A DNA stretch of 64,000 nt from an uncultured virus (IMG/VR IMGVR_UViG_2061766007_000327) (lineage: Duplodnaviria > Heunggongvirae > Uroviricota > Caudoviricetes): the IMG/VR virus record IMGVR_UViG_2061766007_000327; one strand, 5' to 3'. Position numbers and translations under genes: made by a program. The notes under the pieces were generated by a model that did not search any database, had not been told where the DNA came from, and saw nothing but the letters and a program-made list of their open reading frames with translations. This document shows positions 9,893 to 21,454 of this stretch, one piece after another. Each line of letters opens with the position of its first letter. The stretch's first letter is position 1.

Positions 9893-10450
9893 ATGGCTAA
9901 TAAGGCGATGGCAGATTGGCGCAATGCAAGCAAGTCTTTTCAAAAAGAGTTGCGATTGCACGGAGAAGTGGCTTCTAAAGTCGCTGTGCCAATCGCTCTT
10001 AAGGCTGCCGAGGATTTCCTAAAATCTGCTGAATCTCGGCCAAAATCATTGGTCCCCTTCTATACTGGCAACTTGATGGATAGCATCGGCGTGAGAGTGC
10101 TTAATGGCAATCACCTTGCCGGCTATCGAACAATGGTCGACACGACGACACAACACGCAATGAAGCCACAGCGAATGCAAGGATATAAGGGAGATATCTG
10201 GGGAGAAGTTGAGTTAATGAGTCGCATCTTGAGGGGATCCCGTCGAAGTGGTACTGGGCTCGCCGTCCAACTAATGATAGGCGTACCGTACGCTACGAAT
10301 GTCGGATTTGACAGCTATACTCTTGAAGCGGCCGACGGGCTCGAAATTAATAGAGAATATTCCCAAGAACTTTTTGAGCTATTCCAGTCTAAGATAGAGA
10401 CTTATATGAAGTTGCTCGAAAAGTATCCGGACATTAAAGTTGTAGTATGA
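9893..10450 (+). CDS. neck/tail completion protein (HK97 gp10-like)
   Basis: PFYTGNLMDSI and GVPYA motifs. Confidence 0.55.
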   Translation: MANKAMADWRNASKSFQKELRLHGEVASKVAVPIALKAAEDFLKSAESRPKSLVPFYTGNLMDSIGVRVLNGNHLAGYRTMVDTTTQHAMKPQRMQGYKGDIWGEVELMSRILRGSRRSGTGLAVQLMIGVPYATNVGFDSYTLEAADGLEINREYSQELFELFQSKIETYMKLLEKYPDIKVVV

Positions 10451-10890
10451 TGAAACCATCTACCATAGAACCCGATGTTGAGTTAAAGAACTACCTTTCC
10501 GGTCAGATCTACGCCGGGAACGGAAGTTCGGCCACTGAGGTTACGGTCTATTCCGACTGGGAGCGGCCTACCAACCAGTTGCCGGAAGACTTCATCGTCA
10601 TCTACATCAACGGCGACATCGAGGGCGTGGGTATGGATACCCCGTTCGCAAGGGGGTATCTGATGGTGAGTCTATACTGCAAGCTGAACGATGATGGGTC
10701 TGTCAAGAAGAACCGCGTCAAACGACTTCTCTCGCAATTCGACGAACTTATTGAGAAGGCTATCACCGCACACTATCATTTCGAATATGACGCTTCCCGC
10801 TTTATAACTCCCACTACACCGAATCAAACTTCAGGTTATTCCGTCACAAGCCTCAATTTGAGGTGGACAACAACGAGTAATTTTAACTAA
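10447..10890 (+). CDS. tail terminator protein
   Basis: Size and position before the major tail protein. Confidence 0.5.
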   Translation: MMKPSTIEPDVELKNYLSGQIYAGNGSSATEVTVYSDWERPTNQLPEDFIVIYINGDIEGVGMDTPFARGYLMVSLYCKLNDDGSVKKNRVKRLLSQFDELIEKAITAHYHFEYDASRFITPTTPNQTSGYSVTSLNLRWTTTSNFN

Positions 10891-10907
10891 AAAAACTATT
10901 CATAGAT

Positions 10908-11489
10908 ATGCCTACTACTAACATTTCTAAAATCGACGCCGCAACCGTACCGTTTGTAGGACAGGGTGATCTCATCATCTTTGCTCCTATTACCGACTAC
11001 TCATCCGCGACCCTCGCGAGCTTTACCGGCGCTCAGTCCCTCGGACAGATTGTTCAGGACAGCACTTCTTGGGAAGGTGAGGATGTGTCCACCGACCAGA
11101 TTCTCGATGAGCAGGGTAACCTCATCACCGCAAAGGTGACCGCTGGTACTCTTTCCTTCTCCTTCGATATCGCATCCACCAGCGCTGAAATGATGGAGAC
11201 CTTTATGGGTGCATCTGGCATCACAGTTGGTTCTCCCGCATGGTTGGCTTCTGGCGCTACCGCCGTTGGTTTCGGTGTTGAACTTCCCGTTTTCACCGTT
11301 CCTATCCTCGTCGCTGACCAGGAGAAGAAGCGCGCGTGGGTCTATCCGAAGGCCAAGATCACCTCGAACCTTTCCCTTTCCGACGGTCTGTATCGTATCC
11401 ACGCTGTGGTTCTCGCAGAGCAGGTCGATACCGCCAACCTGAAGACCGGAATCCTCCTCGAGGGTACTCTCGCCTACGAAACCACTTAA
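10908..11489 (+). CDS. major tail tube protein
   Basis: 193 aa, high-expression codon bias, followed by a terminator and the chaperone/tape measure genes. Confidence 0.7.
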   Translation: MPTTNISKIDAATVPFVGQGDLIIFAPITDYSSATLASFTGAQSLGQIVQDSTSWEGEDVSTDQILDEQGNLITAKVTAGTLSFSFDIASTSAEMMETFMGASGITVGSPAWLASGATAVGFGVELPVFTVPILVADQEKKRAWVYPKAKITSNLSLSDGLYRIHAVVLAEQVDTANLKTGILLEGTLAYETT

Positions 11490-11510
11490 TCAAGGTAATC
11501 TCTCTATACG

Positions 11511-11541
11511 AAGGGGCGGGCATTGCGCCCGCCCTTTTTAA
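11511..11541 (+). terminator. rho-independent terminator
   Basis: GGGCGGGC-ATTGC-GCCCGCCC followed by TTTTT. Confidence 0.75.
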
Positions 11542-11553
11542 ATTAAAAACCGC

Positions 11554-12081
11554 ATGAATAAATCCGAACAGTTTCTCAAAGGAGCATACGACACCATAGT
11601 CGGAGCGCCCTGTCTCGTAAGGGTTGGACGGCACAAATATCACGTCCGCCAGGTCGCACAGGCCGTTAAGTTAAAGATAGCCCTTCTTGAACAAGAGGCT
11701 CAAGTTTTGGAGGCTCAAGGGAAGGAAGGCGTCGCACAGAAGGAAGCGACAAGGCTAACTAAGAAGTTATACTCCCTTCACGCGAAGAAAGCCGCCTATT
11801 ACCTTCTTGGCAACTGGGCGTTGTTCTGCCCCTGGCTTTGGGCTATAAAATGGCGAATCCTTCAGTTAAGGGGGAACGAAACGACATTTAAGATCAACGA
11901 GGCGGGAGTCGTGAGTGCTGATTTGGGTTTTTTCAAGGCCAACTGGGATATCTCAAGGCAGGAACGCGAGCTTTATATGAGACCGGTTGGCGAAGTCGCC
12001 AAGCAGGCGCAAGAGCGGCTGGAGACAGTGATAAATATGTTGGAGACGGACGCTTTGGGGATAAAGGAGGACGACAAGTAG
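11554..12081 (+). CDS. tail assembly chaperone (gpG-like)
   Basis: Between tail tube and tape measure genes; contains in-frame slippery heptamers. Confidence 0.65.
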   Translation: MNKSEQFLKGAYDTIVGAPCLVRVGRHKYHVRQVAQAVKLKIALLEQEAQVLEAQGKEGVAQKEATRLTKKLYSLHAKKAAYYLLGNWALFCPWLWAIKWRILQLRGNETTFKINEAGVVSADLGFFKANWDISRQERELYMRPVGEVAKQAQERLETVINMLETDALGIKEDDK

Positions 12082-12404
12082 GATCTGCCTTCGATTTCTC
12101 CGGGCACAACGAAAAGATCAAATACGTATATGGTAACTACAACTTCTGGTCTTGGTTTCGTTACTGGTATTTGGATTCGTGCAATGTCGTCAATATGATT
12201 CTTGTGGACAAGAGTTATTTTGATTATGACCACGAGAAGGCTGAAAGACCCGCTCCCGTTATTGACTGGGAGAGCACTATCAAGACAGACGAAGAGGTCC
12301 AAGGCATCCTCTCTATGTTTGGTCTAGGCGGCGCGATGAAGACGCCCGAAACTTTGGAAGATATTCAAGAACACATCATAAAGCAAGAAAGTTATGGCAG
12401 TTGA
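11922..12404 (+). CDS. tail assembly chaperone extension (gpT-like), reached by -1 frameshift
   Basis: -1 frame open from 11922 to 12404, with no ATG until 12196. Confidence 0.55.
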   Translation, partial: FGFFQGQLGYLKAGTRALYETGWRSRQAGARAAGDSDKYVGDGRFGDKGGRQVGSAFDFSGHNEKIKYVYGNYNFWSWFRYWYLDSCNVVNMILVDKSYFDYDHEKAERPAPVIDWESTIKTDEEVQGILSMFGLGGAMKTPETLEDIQEHIIKQESYGS

Positions 12405-15400
12405 GATACCTGTAATAATCGATATAGACAAGGCGTTCGAAGATGCCGCGAAAAAAGTGGGGGCTGCGATTCAGCCATTACAGAGAGAAGTGGATGCAAA
12501 CACCTTAAAGCTCGATATTATCGTCGGGCTAGATGACGAGGGTACGCCCATATCGATGAAGTTTAAGGAAATAAAAGATGGTGCGGTAAAGGATATGGCG
12601 ACCCTCCGTAGTGCTATTCGTTCGGTCAATGAGGAATTAATAGAAGTGGCGCAAAGCGGAGACAAGGTTAAGTTCGAGGCCTTATTGGAAGCCAAGCATT
12701 ATATGCAAGATATGGTCACCGCTTCTCAAATCGCAAATCAAGAAATTGATGGACTCGCGCATACTATGCAGGGCTTGTCTGCCCGCGTGGAAGCCGCGAG
12801 GTCGAAGTTGGAAACTTCCCGCATTGGGAGTTCGGAATGGGAGGCCGCTGCCGAAGCCTTAAAAAGGACTTCCCAAGAAGTTGAGAATGTCCAAAGGAAA
12901 TTAGCCGAGATGGGGACTAGAACAGGCAGTCTCGATCAACTTAATCTTAAATTGCAAGAGATAGAGACCAAATGGCGGGCGATGGGCTCTGGAGCGATGT
13001 TTACGTCATCTGGGGGCTTAACCACAGCCGCCCAGCATTTACAGGATGAATACACTAAGATTGCGAATAAAATACAGCAACAGAATAAGTTGCTTTCTGC
13101 TCAGATAGAGAAACAGAGAGAGGCGGAAGCCGCTGNNNNNNNNNNNNNNNNNNNNNNNNNNNNNNNNNTGCCATCAATGACTATATCGCCGCAGAAGAAA
13201 AAAGAGAGGCCGCAGAGCGGAAGCATCGACAGGATCTAGAGATGAATGCTAGGTCTTTGGACGATTTGAATACCAAATTAAGGGCGTGGCAACAAGAGTT
13301 GAACTCATCCGATATCGGTTCGAGTAAATGGAAGGTTGCGGCCGGAGAGGTGGCAGAACTATCCGCGAAAATAAAGGAGGTTACTGACGCATTAAAACAG
13401 ATAGGGGTACACGCGAGAAGCATTGATGGGTTGAATGCAAAAATTCAGTCGCTAAATTCTCAATGGAACCAGATGGGTGTCGCCGCCAAGTATTTGGATA
13501 TCGACTTTAAGGAACTTACCCCAGAGGCTCAAGCCTTATATAACGAGTATAAACAGCATGTATCCGCCCTTAGACAGCACGGACAGACCCTGGACCAAAT
13601 ACTGCAAAAAGAGCAACAGCGAACTCAACTTATACAACGTAATGCGCAAAGGCGTAAGTATGAAAATGCGATTCTTAATGCTTCGGTAAAATCAATTCGC
13701 GTTCTTCAGGAACAGGAAAGAATATTATCTGACCGACTTAATCGTTCCGTGATCGGTTCCGGGAAATATGAGCAACTAAGAAAGCAGTTGGAGGGTGTCC
13801 GTGCAGAACTGAACAAAATAAATGGCAAGTCTATCAGAGATATAGGGGACGAGGCTGGGCGTGCAGAATCAAAACTAGCCTCCTTGGTTAAGAATTCGCT
13901 ACGACTCGTCGCCTTGCATACGGGTACACGGTTTATACGTAACATCCGAGAGGTTACCGCCGAATTTGAACTTCAGCGGATTGCCTTGGGTGCGATTATA
14001 CGCGACACCTCCCGGGCAGAGAGCCTCTTCAGGCAGATTAAGGCCGCCGCAATCGAGTCGCCGTTCCAGATAAAGGACTTAGTTTCATATACTAAACAGT
14101 TGTCTGCATATCAAATCGAGACCGAGAAATTATTCTCCACAACAATGAGGTTGGCCGACATTTCTGCGGGTCTTGGCGTCGATATGGGTCGTCTGATTCT
14201 TGCATTTGGTCAGGTTCGTGCCGCTTCCGTCCTTCGTGGACAGGAATTGCGACAATTTACAGAAGCAGGTATCCCTCTTGTTGATAAATTAGCGGAAAAA
14301 TTCTCAGAATTAAACAACCGAACGGTAACCACGGCAGAAGTATTTGAATTAATCTCAAAACGTGCCGTGCCCTTTAGGATGATTGAGGAAATATTCCGTG
14401 ACATGACCGACGCTGGCGGGATGTTCTATAAAATGCAGGAAAAGCAGGCAGAGACCCTTGCGGGGCAGTGGGCTAATCTTAAGGATTCCGTTAGTATTAT
14501 GTATGACGAGATTGGCCGAACAGACGCAGTCCACGGGGCTATGACCGAACTTATCTCTGACGCACGATGGGTTATGCAAAACTGGCGTTTATGGGCCAAG
14601 GCCATTAAAGTGGTCGGTGCCGCTTTAATAGCCCAGGTAGGTGCTTCCAAACTTGTTGCTGCTTGGACAGCGTTGGTAGCCAAGGCCGAAAAAATGGCCA
14701 GGGCAGAGGAAAGTAAGAGAGAGAGAAATCTCCGTGGTCTAACTGCTTCAGTATTAGGGGAAACTGCAGCAGAAAAAATTTCGACCGTGGCAACTAATTT
14801 ACACACTGCTGCACTAAAGCGTGCTGATGCTGCGGCAACTGTCCTTGGGCGAACTTTTTGGAACTTGGCCGCCGCCTTGGCAAGTAACCCCTTCGGCATC
14901 ATTGCATTAGTGCTTGGCGGGGTAATAGCCGCTTTTGTAAACCTCAAGGGAAAGGTTGTAGACGCCGAAAAGGCAATGACCGACGCCGATTATTCCGTAA
15001 GAAGTCTTCAAAAAAATCGGGAAGAAACAACACGATTAATAGATAGTTATGCGGAATTATCGCAGAAGTCGGAGCTTACTTCCAAAGAGCAAGCGAAACT
15101 GAGAGATACATCTCGCGAATTAGCAAAGGCTTTCCCGAGGGCAACGGAGGGTATTAATCAGCAAACCGGTGCGTTAATCCTCAATGTCGAGAAATTAAAG
15201 GAGTATAATGAGGAATCCAGAAAGACCATAGAAGAGGGTATGCGGGCAGAAATCGCCGAAAACGAAAAGGCGATGAAAAAGAACGAGAAAAAGATAGCCC
15301 GTATTAATAAATTAACTAAACGAGGCTGGGGCTTTGGCCCGGGAGGCTTTTATTATAGTATCAACAATAAGAATGCAAAGGATCTTAAGGATAATCTTAT

Positions 15401-18076
15401 TAAATTGACAGATGAGACGAATTTGTTGTCGGATGCTAATAATAAACTAAACGATGCCTTGAATGGCGTTTTTGAGACCGCAGAAGATGCCGATAGGCTG
15501 ACAATACCTGGAGACGATGGTGGGACTCACGATCGCCTTCAACAGCTAAAACAGGACATCTCGGATATCACAAATGCCTACAAAAAGTACACAGAACTTT
15601 TAGAGTACGAAAGCGCTGAGGCGGCTCGAAAAGATATCGGTGTTTTGTTCCCTTCCCTAAGCGGATGGGAGCCAACATTCGATAATATGATTAAAAAGAT
15701 GGAAGGTATGCTCGCCCAATATAGCGGCGACGCAGACGCTTCGCGGATCATAGAACAAGCCATTGCGAACATCAAGTTCGATAACATAAAAACAACTCTT
15801 ACCAAATCCTTGCAACAATTATCTGAGGATATTAAACGTTCTGAAACCGCAAGGAATTTCTTTAGTGATATTTTGGGGCTTGGGGCGGACGAGTCCCTCG
15901 CGGCTACTCTAACGGCAAACATTTACGGAGATGTAGGGAAGGATTTTGCGGGGAGAGTGCAAGATGAACTTAACGAAGCCCTTAAACACGTGAAATCAAA
16001 ATCCGTGGGCGAGGAGTTGAAAAAGGCTGTCGCTAACCAAGACTTTAAGGAAATATTTAAGTTCTTAGACGAATTTCCGAAAGAGTGGCANNNNNNNNNN
16101 NNNNNNNNNNNNNNNNNNNNNNNNNTCAGGCAGAGGTAGCTAAAGACCTTTTTAAGGCGCTCCAGCGCTCGAAGACTTACTCCGAGCAGCAGGTTGAACT
16201 GGCAAAGCAGACGGCGAAACGCACCGCAGACATCCAGGCGATGAAGATTTCTGATAGTGTCAAGAGCCAACTTCTGAAACAGAATATGCAGAAAGAGGCC
16301 GAAGAGTCTGCTAAGATCGCATACGAGGCGTTTAAGGATACTCCGATGTATGTCGAATTGTTTTCCGACCTGGATCAGGCGTCCGTCCGTATGCTGACCA
16401 ATATGCGGGAGAACCTTGAGAAGATGAAGGAGAATTGGAAAGATCTCCATCCCCGGGAACTCAAGGAATTGCAGTCAAGGCTAAATGAACTGGACGAACA
16501 GATTGCTCAACGAAACCCGTTCAAGGCTCTCGCGAACTCTATTAAGGAGTATTACGATATGCGAAAGGACCGCTCCCGGGTAGAGGTTGAAGAGGCTGCT
16601 ATCGCCNNNNNNNNNNNNNNNNNNNNNNNNNNNNNNNNNNNAATACAGACAGGAATATATGGCGGTCGCCTCGCTCGAAACCGTCGACAAAGCCCTGGTC
16701 GAGATCCTGAAACAAAGGATGGACGAGCAGGCAAAGATTGTCGCCAAAGCAAAAGAAGAGGCCGACGAAGCCCAGGATGCCGCCAATAGCTGGAAAAAGG
16801 TCGCTAAAGAAATAAATGATGCAGCCAACAAGATGCAGGAGTGGGCTGGATATGTGACCGGCTCTCTGGACGGCATACAGGAGATTGTCGGCACGTTCGC
16901 CAGCGACGATTTCGCCGAAACCTTCGGAATTATCGCAGAAGGTCTTGGAAAGACGGTGAGCGGTACTGCCCAGTTGGGTAAGGGTATCGCAGAACTGATG
17001 ACTGGCAATCCGCAAGGTCTGGTCGATACCTTCCAGGGTTTGGGTAATGTGCTTTCGGGTACTTTCGGTTCTGCCAAGCAGTTAAGCATCAAGAAACTCA
17101 ACAAGAAGATCGACGAGCAGCAAGACCTCCTCGACGGCTTGACTTACTCCTACGACCGCCTCGAGAAGGCGATGGCGAAGGCTTTCGGTTCGGACTACAT
17201 CTACAACTACAACGAGCAGTTAAAGAACCTCCAAGCCCAGCAGGCTGCGTACGAGGAGCAGCTCCGCCTCGAGCAGAACAAGGGCAAGAAAAAGGACAAG
17301 GAAAAGATTAAGGATTATCAAGATTCTATTCAGGAGGTTGAAGACCAGATTATGGATATGAGTGGTGGTTTGTCCGAGTTCTTCACGGGCACTGATGTCA
17401 AGTCCGCTGCCGAGGAATTCGCCAACTCTTGGATTGAGGCTTACAAGTCCTTCAGTTCCACGACTGGAGCGATGCGCGAAAAATTCCAGGATATGATAGG
17501 TAATATGGTTACCCAGTCTTTGGCCGGGCAAATGATGCAGAGATTGCTCCAGCCTATTTTCGACGAGATTGACAGGCTTTCGGAGGACGGCGAACTTACA
17601 GCTGCGGAGATCGGCTCAATCAGCGATATGGCCATTGCGGCGATTCCTCAGATCGACAATGCAATGACTGGCTTGGTCAACAATCTCGCTGGGGCTGGCA
17701 TCAATCTCCGCCAGCAAGCCGGGCAGTTCACGGGCATCTCCCGCGACATCGCCGGGGCGTCCGAGGAGTCAATCCTCGGCCTGGCGGCTGCAGTCAACAC
17801 GGCGAACTACTATATCTCCCATGTCCNNNNNNNNNNNNNNNNNNNNNNNNNNNNNNNNCCATCCGCGAGTACCTGACCGGGGAATCCGCTGGCGGCAGAA
17901 GGAATTCCGCTGCGACGAGGGGTGAGGCCGAAGGGCCGACCTACGAGGACCAGATGCTGATATACGCCAGTGCTATCCCGACGATGCGCGACGATATGGC
18001 CGTGATGCGCTCTCTGCTCGAGAGGGTTATCAAGCCCGTCGGCGTATCTGCGACACATTATGTTGCAGTTCGATAA
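12394..18076 (+). CDS. tail tape measure protein (one gene split by four N gaps)
   Basis: Long helical protein with tape-measure domain (ESPFQIKDL...LADISAGLGVDMGRLILAFGQV...LRQFTEAGIP); frames change only at gaps; final stop TAA at 18074-18076. Confidence 0.85.
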
Positions 18077-18091
18077 TCTGTTGTCTTGCTA

Positions 18092-18122
18092 TTTGAACGC
18101 CATCGAAGAATGAGTAATTTTG
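18092..18122 (+). promoter_or_regulatory. consensus Bacteroidetes promoter not followed by a credible ORF
   Basis: TTTG 18092-18095, 19-nt spacer, TAATTTTG 18115-18122. Confidence 0.7.
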
Positions 18123-18125
18123 TAT

Positions 18126-18182
18126 GGTTGTTCATGGCTAAAAACTTTAACGTCGCCGGTTGTGAAATCCGCGGCGTTTCTC
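18126..18182 (+). ncRNA. candidate ~55-nt small RNA
   Basis: Own promoter, then a single-stranded 5' part, then hairpin AACGTCGC..GTGA..GCGGCGTT (18149-18178). Confidence 0.45.
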
Positions 18183-18190
18183 TATCTTTG
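18183..18190 (+). promoter_or_regulatory. -7 element for the fibre operon
   Basis: TATCTTTG upstream of ATG 18208. Confidence 0.55.
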
Positions 18191-18207
18191 TAGCAAATGA
18201 TTTAGAT

Positions 18208-18516
18208 ATGGAAAACCAAATCCCTCTAGGATCTGACATTAAGGTGCTTATAGAGATGACTGCACCGGGATTCAGCATGGCGAACGATGACTGGGAGGTC
18301 ATCTTCAAGTGCGGTGGCAAGGCCGTCGCAACGCGGTCGAAATCCGAGTGCATCCAGGACTACCAGGGTAACTGGTACGCCCTTCTCCGCGGAGCTGATA
18401 TGAAGAACGGGGAACTGAGCATCGTCTTCCACGCCTTCGTGCCTGATTACGACTGGGATGACGGCATAAGGAATGAATACGACAAACAGGTCATAGGACC
18501 GGTGGTGAAGATATGA
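18208..18516 (+). CDS. hypothetical virion protein (beta-sandwich-like)
   Basis: ORF heading the fibre cluster. Confidence 0.55.
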   Translation: MENQIPLGSDIKVLIEMTAPGFSMANDDWEVIFKCGGKAVATRSKSECIQDYQGNWYALLRGADMKNGELSIVFHAFVPDYDWDDGIRNEYDKQVIGPVVKI

Positions 18517-18794
18517 ACTGTCTATCTGCAAGATTCGAAAGGATCGGAGGGGGTACTCTCCGGGCTTCCGTATCGCGCCAGTTCGACGGGAATGCTTCTC
18601 TCCTCGGCGGTCTGGTCGGAGTGGCGAGAAGGATCAAGGAATTTGTCACCCGAGCCAGTTATACGCGAGAGTTTACTTGCCGTGTGGGGATTGTCTGCGA
18701 AACATCTTTCGGCAACGAGGATGTCCTCTGGGCAAGCGACGGCATCGTGTTCAATGTCTACGGTGACAAGATATACATAACATTAAAGTCATAA
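18513..18794 (+). CDS. hypothetical protein
   Basis: ATGA overlap with the previous gene. Confidence 0.5.
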   Translation: MNCLSARFERIGGGTLRASVSRQFDGNASLLGGLVGVARRIKEFVTRASYTREFTCRVGIVCETSFGNEDVLWASDGIVFNVYGDKIYITLKS

Positions 18795-18798
18795 GAGA

Positions 18799-19572
18799 AT
18801 GGCTGACGAAAGATATACATTGCGACAGACGGGAAGCGTAATCCAGCAGTTGCTGGATTCGATCCAGTCGCAGGCTACTGACATCAGCGCCAAGGCCGAC
18901 CGCACTTACGTCGACTCCGCCCTCGCGAATAAGGTCGACAAGGTAACCGGCAAGGGACTGTCCCAGAACGACTATACGACCAGCGATAGGCAGAAACTGG
19001 CAGGAATTGCTGCCGGTGCCCAGGTCAATGTGCCTTCCGATTGGAATGCGACGGTCGGGGACGCCAGAATCCTCAATAAGCCGGATTTGAGTGTTTACCC
19101 GACAAGGACGGAGATGAACCAGGCGATCGCCGGAGTTACGGTTGATTTGTCCGCATACTCCACCACGACCCAGATGAATGCCGCGATTGCGTCCGCCTCC
19201 GCCACCAAGGTCGACAAGATCACCGGGAAGGGGTTGTCGACTAACGATTTTACGACAGCGGAGAAAAATAAGCTCGCCGGGATAGACCTTTCGCAGTACC
19301 CTACCACTGAGCAGGTCCAGGCTATGATAGCCGCCGGTGGCGGAGGGGGGGTCGAATATGTCGTCGTTGACACTCTTCCCACCGCATCCGCAGAAACGAT
19401 GGGGAAGATTTATCTCGTCCCGATAAGCGGCAGTTCTGCAAGGTCTGAATGGGTAACTGTAAAGGACGGTAACACATACACTTGGACGCAGATAGGGACT
19501 ACCGAGGTAGACCTTTCTGATTATGTAAAGCTCGGACCGATAGTAGAATCTAATGTTCCTCTGAATGCCTAA
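18799..19572 (+). CDS. fibre-like protein with KVDKxxGKGLSxNDxT repeats
   Basis: Two copies of this phage fibre repeat; C-terminal LPTAS...GKIYLVP...WTQIG module. Confidence 0.7.
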   Translation: MADERYTLRQTGSVIQQLLDSIQSQATDISAKADRTYVDSALANKVDKVTGKGLSQNDYTTSDRQKLAGIAAGAQVNVPSDWNATVGDARILNKPDLSVYPTRTEMNQAIAGVTVDLSAYSTTTQMNAAIASASATKVDKITGKGLSTNDFTTAEKNKLAGIDLSQYPTTEQVQAMIAAGGGGGVEYVVVDTLPTASAETMGKIYLVPISGSSARSEWVTVKDGNTYTWTQIGTTEVDLSDYVKLGPIVESNVPLNA

Positions 19573-19963
19573 GAGATTAACATACGATACCGACGAGGTA
19601 CAGGCCATCCTTGACCGTGTAGTTGCGGGTGGCGCTGTAGCCAAGGCCAAGACCACGGCGGAATGGAACGCCACTTCGGGATTTGTCCCCGAGGCGGGCG
19701 AGATAATAATATACACGGACTACCAGACCGTCACGGAAGGTGGCGAGACGAGGTACATCCCCGGCGTCAAGATAGGGAGCGGGAACGGCTATGTCCAAGA
19801 CCTCGCTTTCGTGGGTGAGAGGGATTCCGAAATCCTACTTGCTCATATCCACGATGCGGTGCTGCATACCTCCGTTGCGGAGAAAGCCTTCTGGGACAAT
19901 AAGCTGAACGTGACGGATGCCCGGGAAGTAGTTGGAGAGACATTGATATTTAACAGAAATTAG
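19565..19963 (+). CDS. fibre-associated protein (phage hyaluronidase N-terminal-like motif)
   Basis: TTAEWN...P..GEIIIYTD...KIGSG motif. Confidence 0.55.
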   Translation: MPKRLTYDTDEVQAILDRVVAGGAVAKAKTTAEWNATSGFVPEAGEIIIYTDYQTVTEGGETRYIPGVKIGSGNGYVQDLAFVGERDSEILLAHIHDAVLHTSVAEKAFWDNKLNVTDAREVVGETLIFNRN

Positions 19964-19965
19964 AT

Positions 19966-20983
19966 ATGGCAGACATTAGTAAAATCACCTTGCCTTCGGG
20001 CAATTCTTACGACATCAAGGATGCGGTGGCAAGGCAGGCCATCGCGGGAGGTGTCTCGTTTATCGTAGCATGGAACGGCTCTTCCACGCCTGTGGTAGCT
20101 GACATCCCCGCAGGGGTCGTCGTGACCTACAACGAAACANNNNNNNNNNNNNNNNNNNNNNNNNNNCGATTCAGCGCAGGCGGGGGCTTTCTATCTCGTT
20201 CATAGCTCCTCTACGAGCAACGATGTCTATGATGAGTATGTAGCCGTCGGCACTGCGGGAAGCAAGACTTGGGAAAGGCTCGGCAGTTCGACCATCGACC
20301 TGTCAGACCTCGGCGCTTTGGCGTACAAGGACACGGTTACGGCAAGCTCTTCCGCAGTTACTTTCTCTGGTGGGACTACTGACAAGGTCCTCGGCTCTGA
20401 TGCGACCTTCACCACGACAGTAACCCCTACCACGACCAATATAAAGGCTACGGCAAGCGGAACTGCGGTAAGCGCAAGCTCGACTGACAAGTGCCTCGGT
20501 TCGGATGCGACCTTCACCACTACAGTCACTCCTTCAACAAGCAAGTTGGTTACGGCCACAGTCCCCAATGTGACGGCTGCGGGTTCGGCTTCCACTTGGA
20601 GCTTTGCGATGGGTACGGGCGATGATGCGGAGACACTGATTATCTCTGGTGCGAACTCTACCGCTCCTACTCTTGGAACGGCTATCACGGTTGCTACAGG
20701 TTCGCTTAATGCCAATGGCGGTGGGGCATCCGTAGCTACAGGGATTACAAGCGCTTCTACATCTGCCAATAGCAAGGACGAGGTAACGGCTATCACGGGC
20801 ATATCTGTTTCAACCCAGCCGACCATTGCCCTCGCAACGGGAGCGACTGCGGGCACGGGAGTCATCTCGGTTGCCACGGGCATCACCTCGGCCACTACCA
20901 CGACCAATAACAAGGATGAGGTTACTGCCGTTACGAACATAGGAACGGGTACGGCAGCAGCACAGACTCTGACAATCTCCTAA
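19966..20983 (+). CDS. Thr/Ala/Ser-rich fibre protein (one gene across a gap)
   Basis: Internal repeats TDKxLGSDATFTTTVTP x2 and SVATGITSA...KDEVTA x2. Confidence 0.65.
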
Positions 20984-20994
20984 AAAGATAGACT

Positions 20995-21453
20995 ATGGCC
21001 GTCAAGAAAGTAAAGTTACCGAATAACACCACCTTGGATATTAACGATGCCAGGGTGGTGTCGGACGGCATAACCTATATCGGAGAGGATATTGATTCCG
21101 CAACCTATGAAGCACCATCCACAGGCTCGGTGGTGACATGGGGAACGGAGTCGTCCAACCATACCGTGCCTCTCATTGTTGACGGGGTATCAAAGACCGT
21201 TGCACTGAATGGTTACTCCTCTGGAGGAGGCGGTGGTGGCACAGGCGAAGAGAATGTCATCGAGGTCGTCAAGATCAATGGTACTGCTCTTACTCCTGAT
21301 GCAAACAAGGCTGTTGATATTACCGTGCCTACGATAAGCACGAACATAACTACAGATGCCACTTCCGATACCAAGACGGCTTCCCCGAAAGCAGTAAAGA
21401 CCTATGTGGATGGTATAGTCGGAGATATAGAAACCCTTTTAGCAGCTATATAG
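20995..21453 (+). CDS. fibre-associated protein
   Basis: ENVIEVVKING..L.PD..KAVDITVP and SPKAVKTYVD fibre motifs. Confidence 0.6.
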   Translation: MAVKKVKLPNNTTLDINDARVVSDGITYIGEDIDSATYEAPSTGSVVTWGTESSNHTVPLIVDGVSKTVALNGYSSGGGGGGTGEENVIEVVKINGTALTPDANKAVDITVPTISTNITTDATSDTKTASPKAVKTYVDGIVGDIETLLAAI

Positions 21454-21454
21454 A

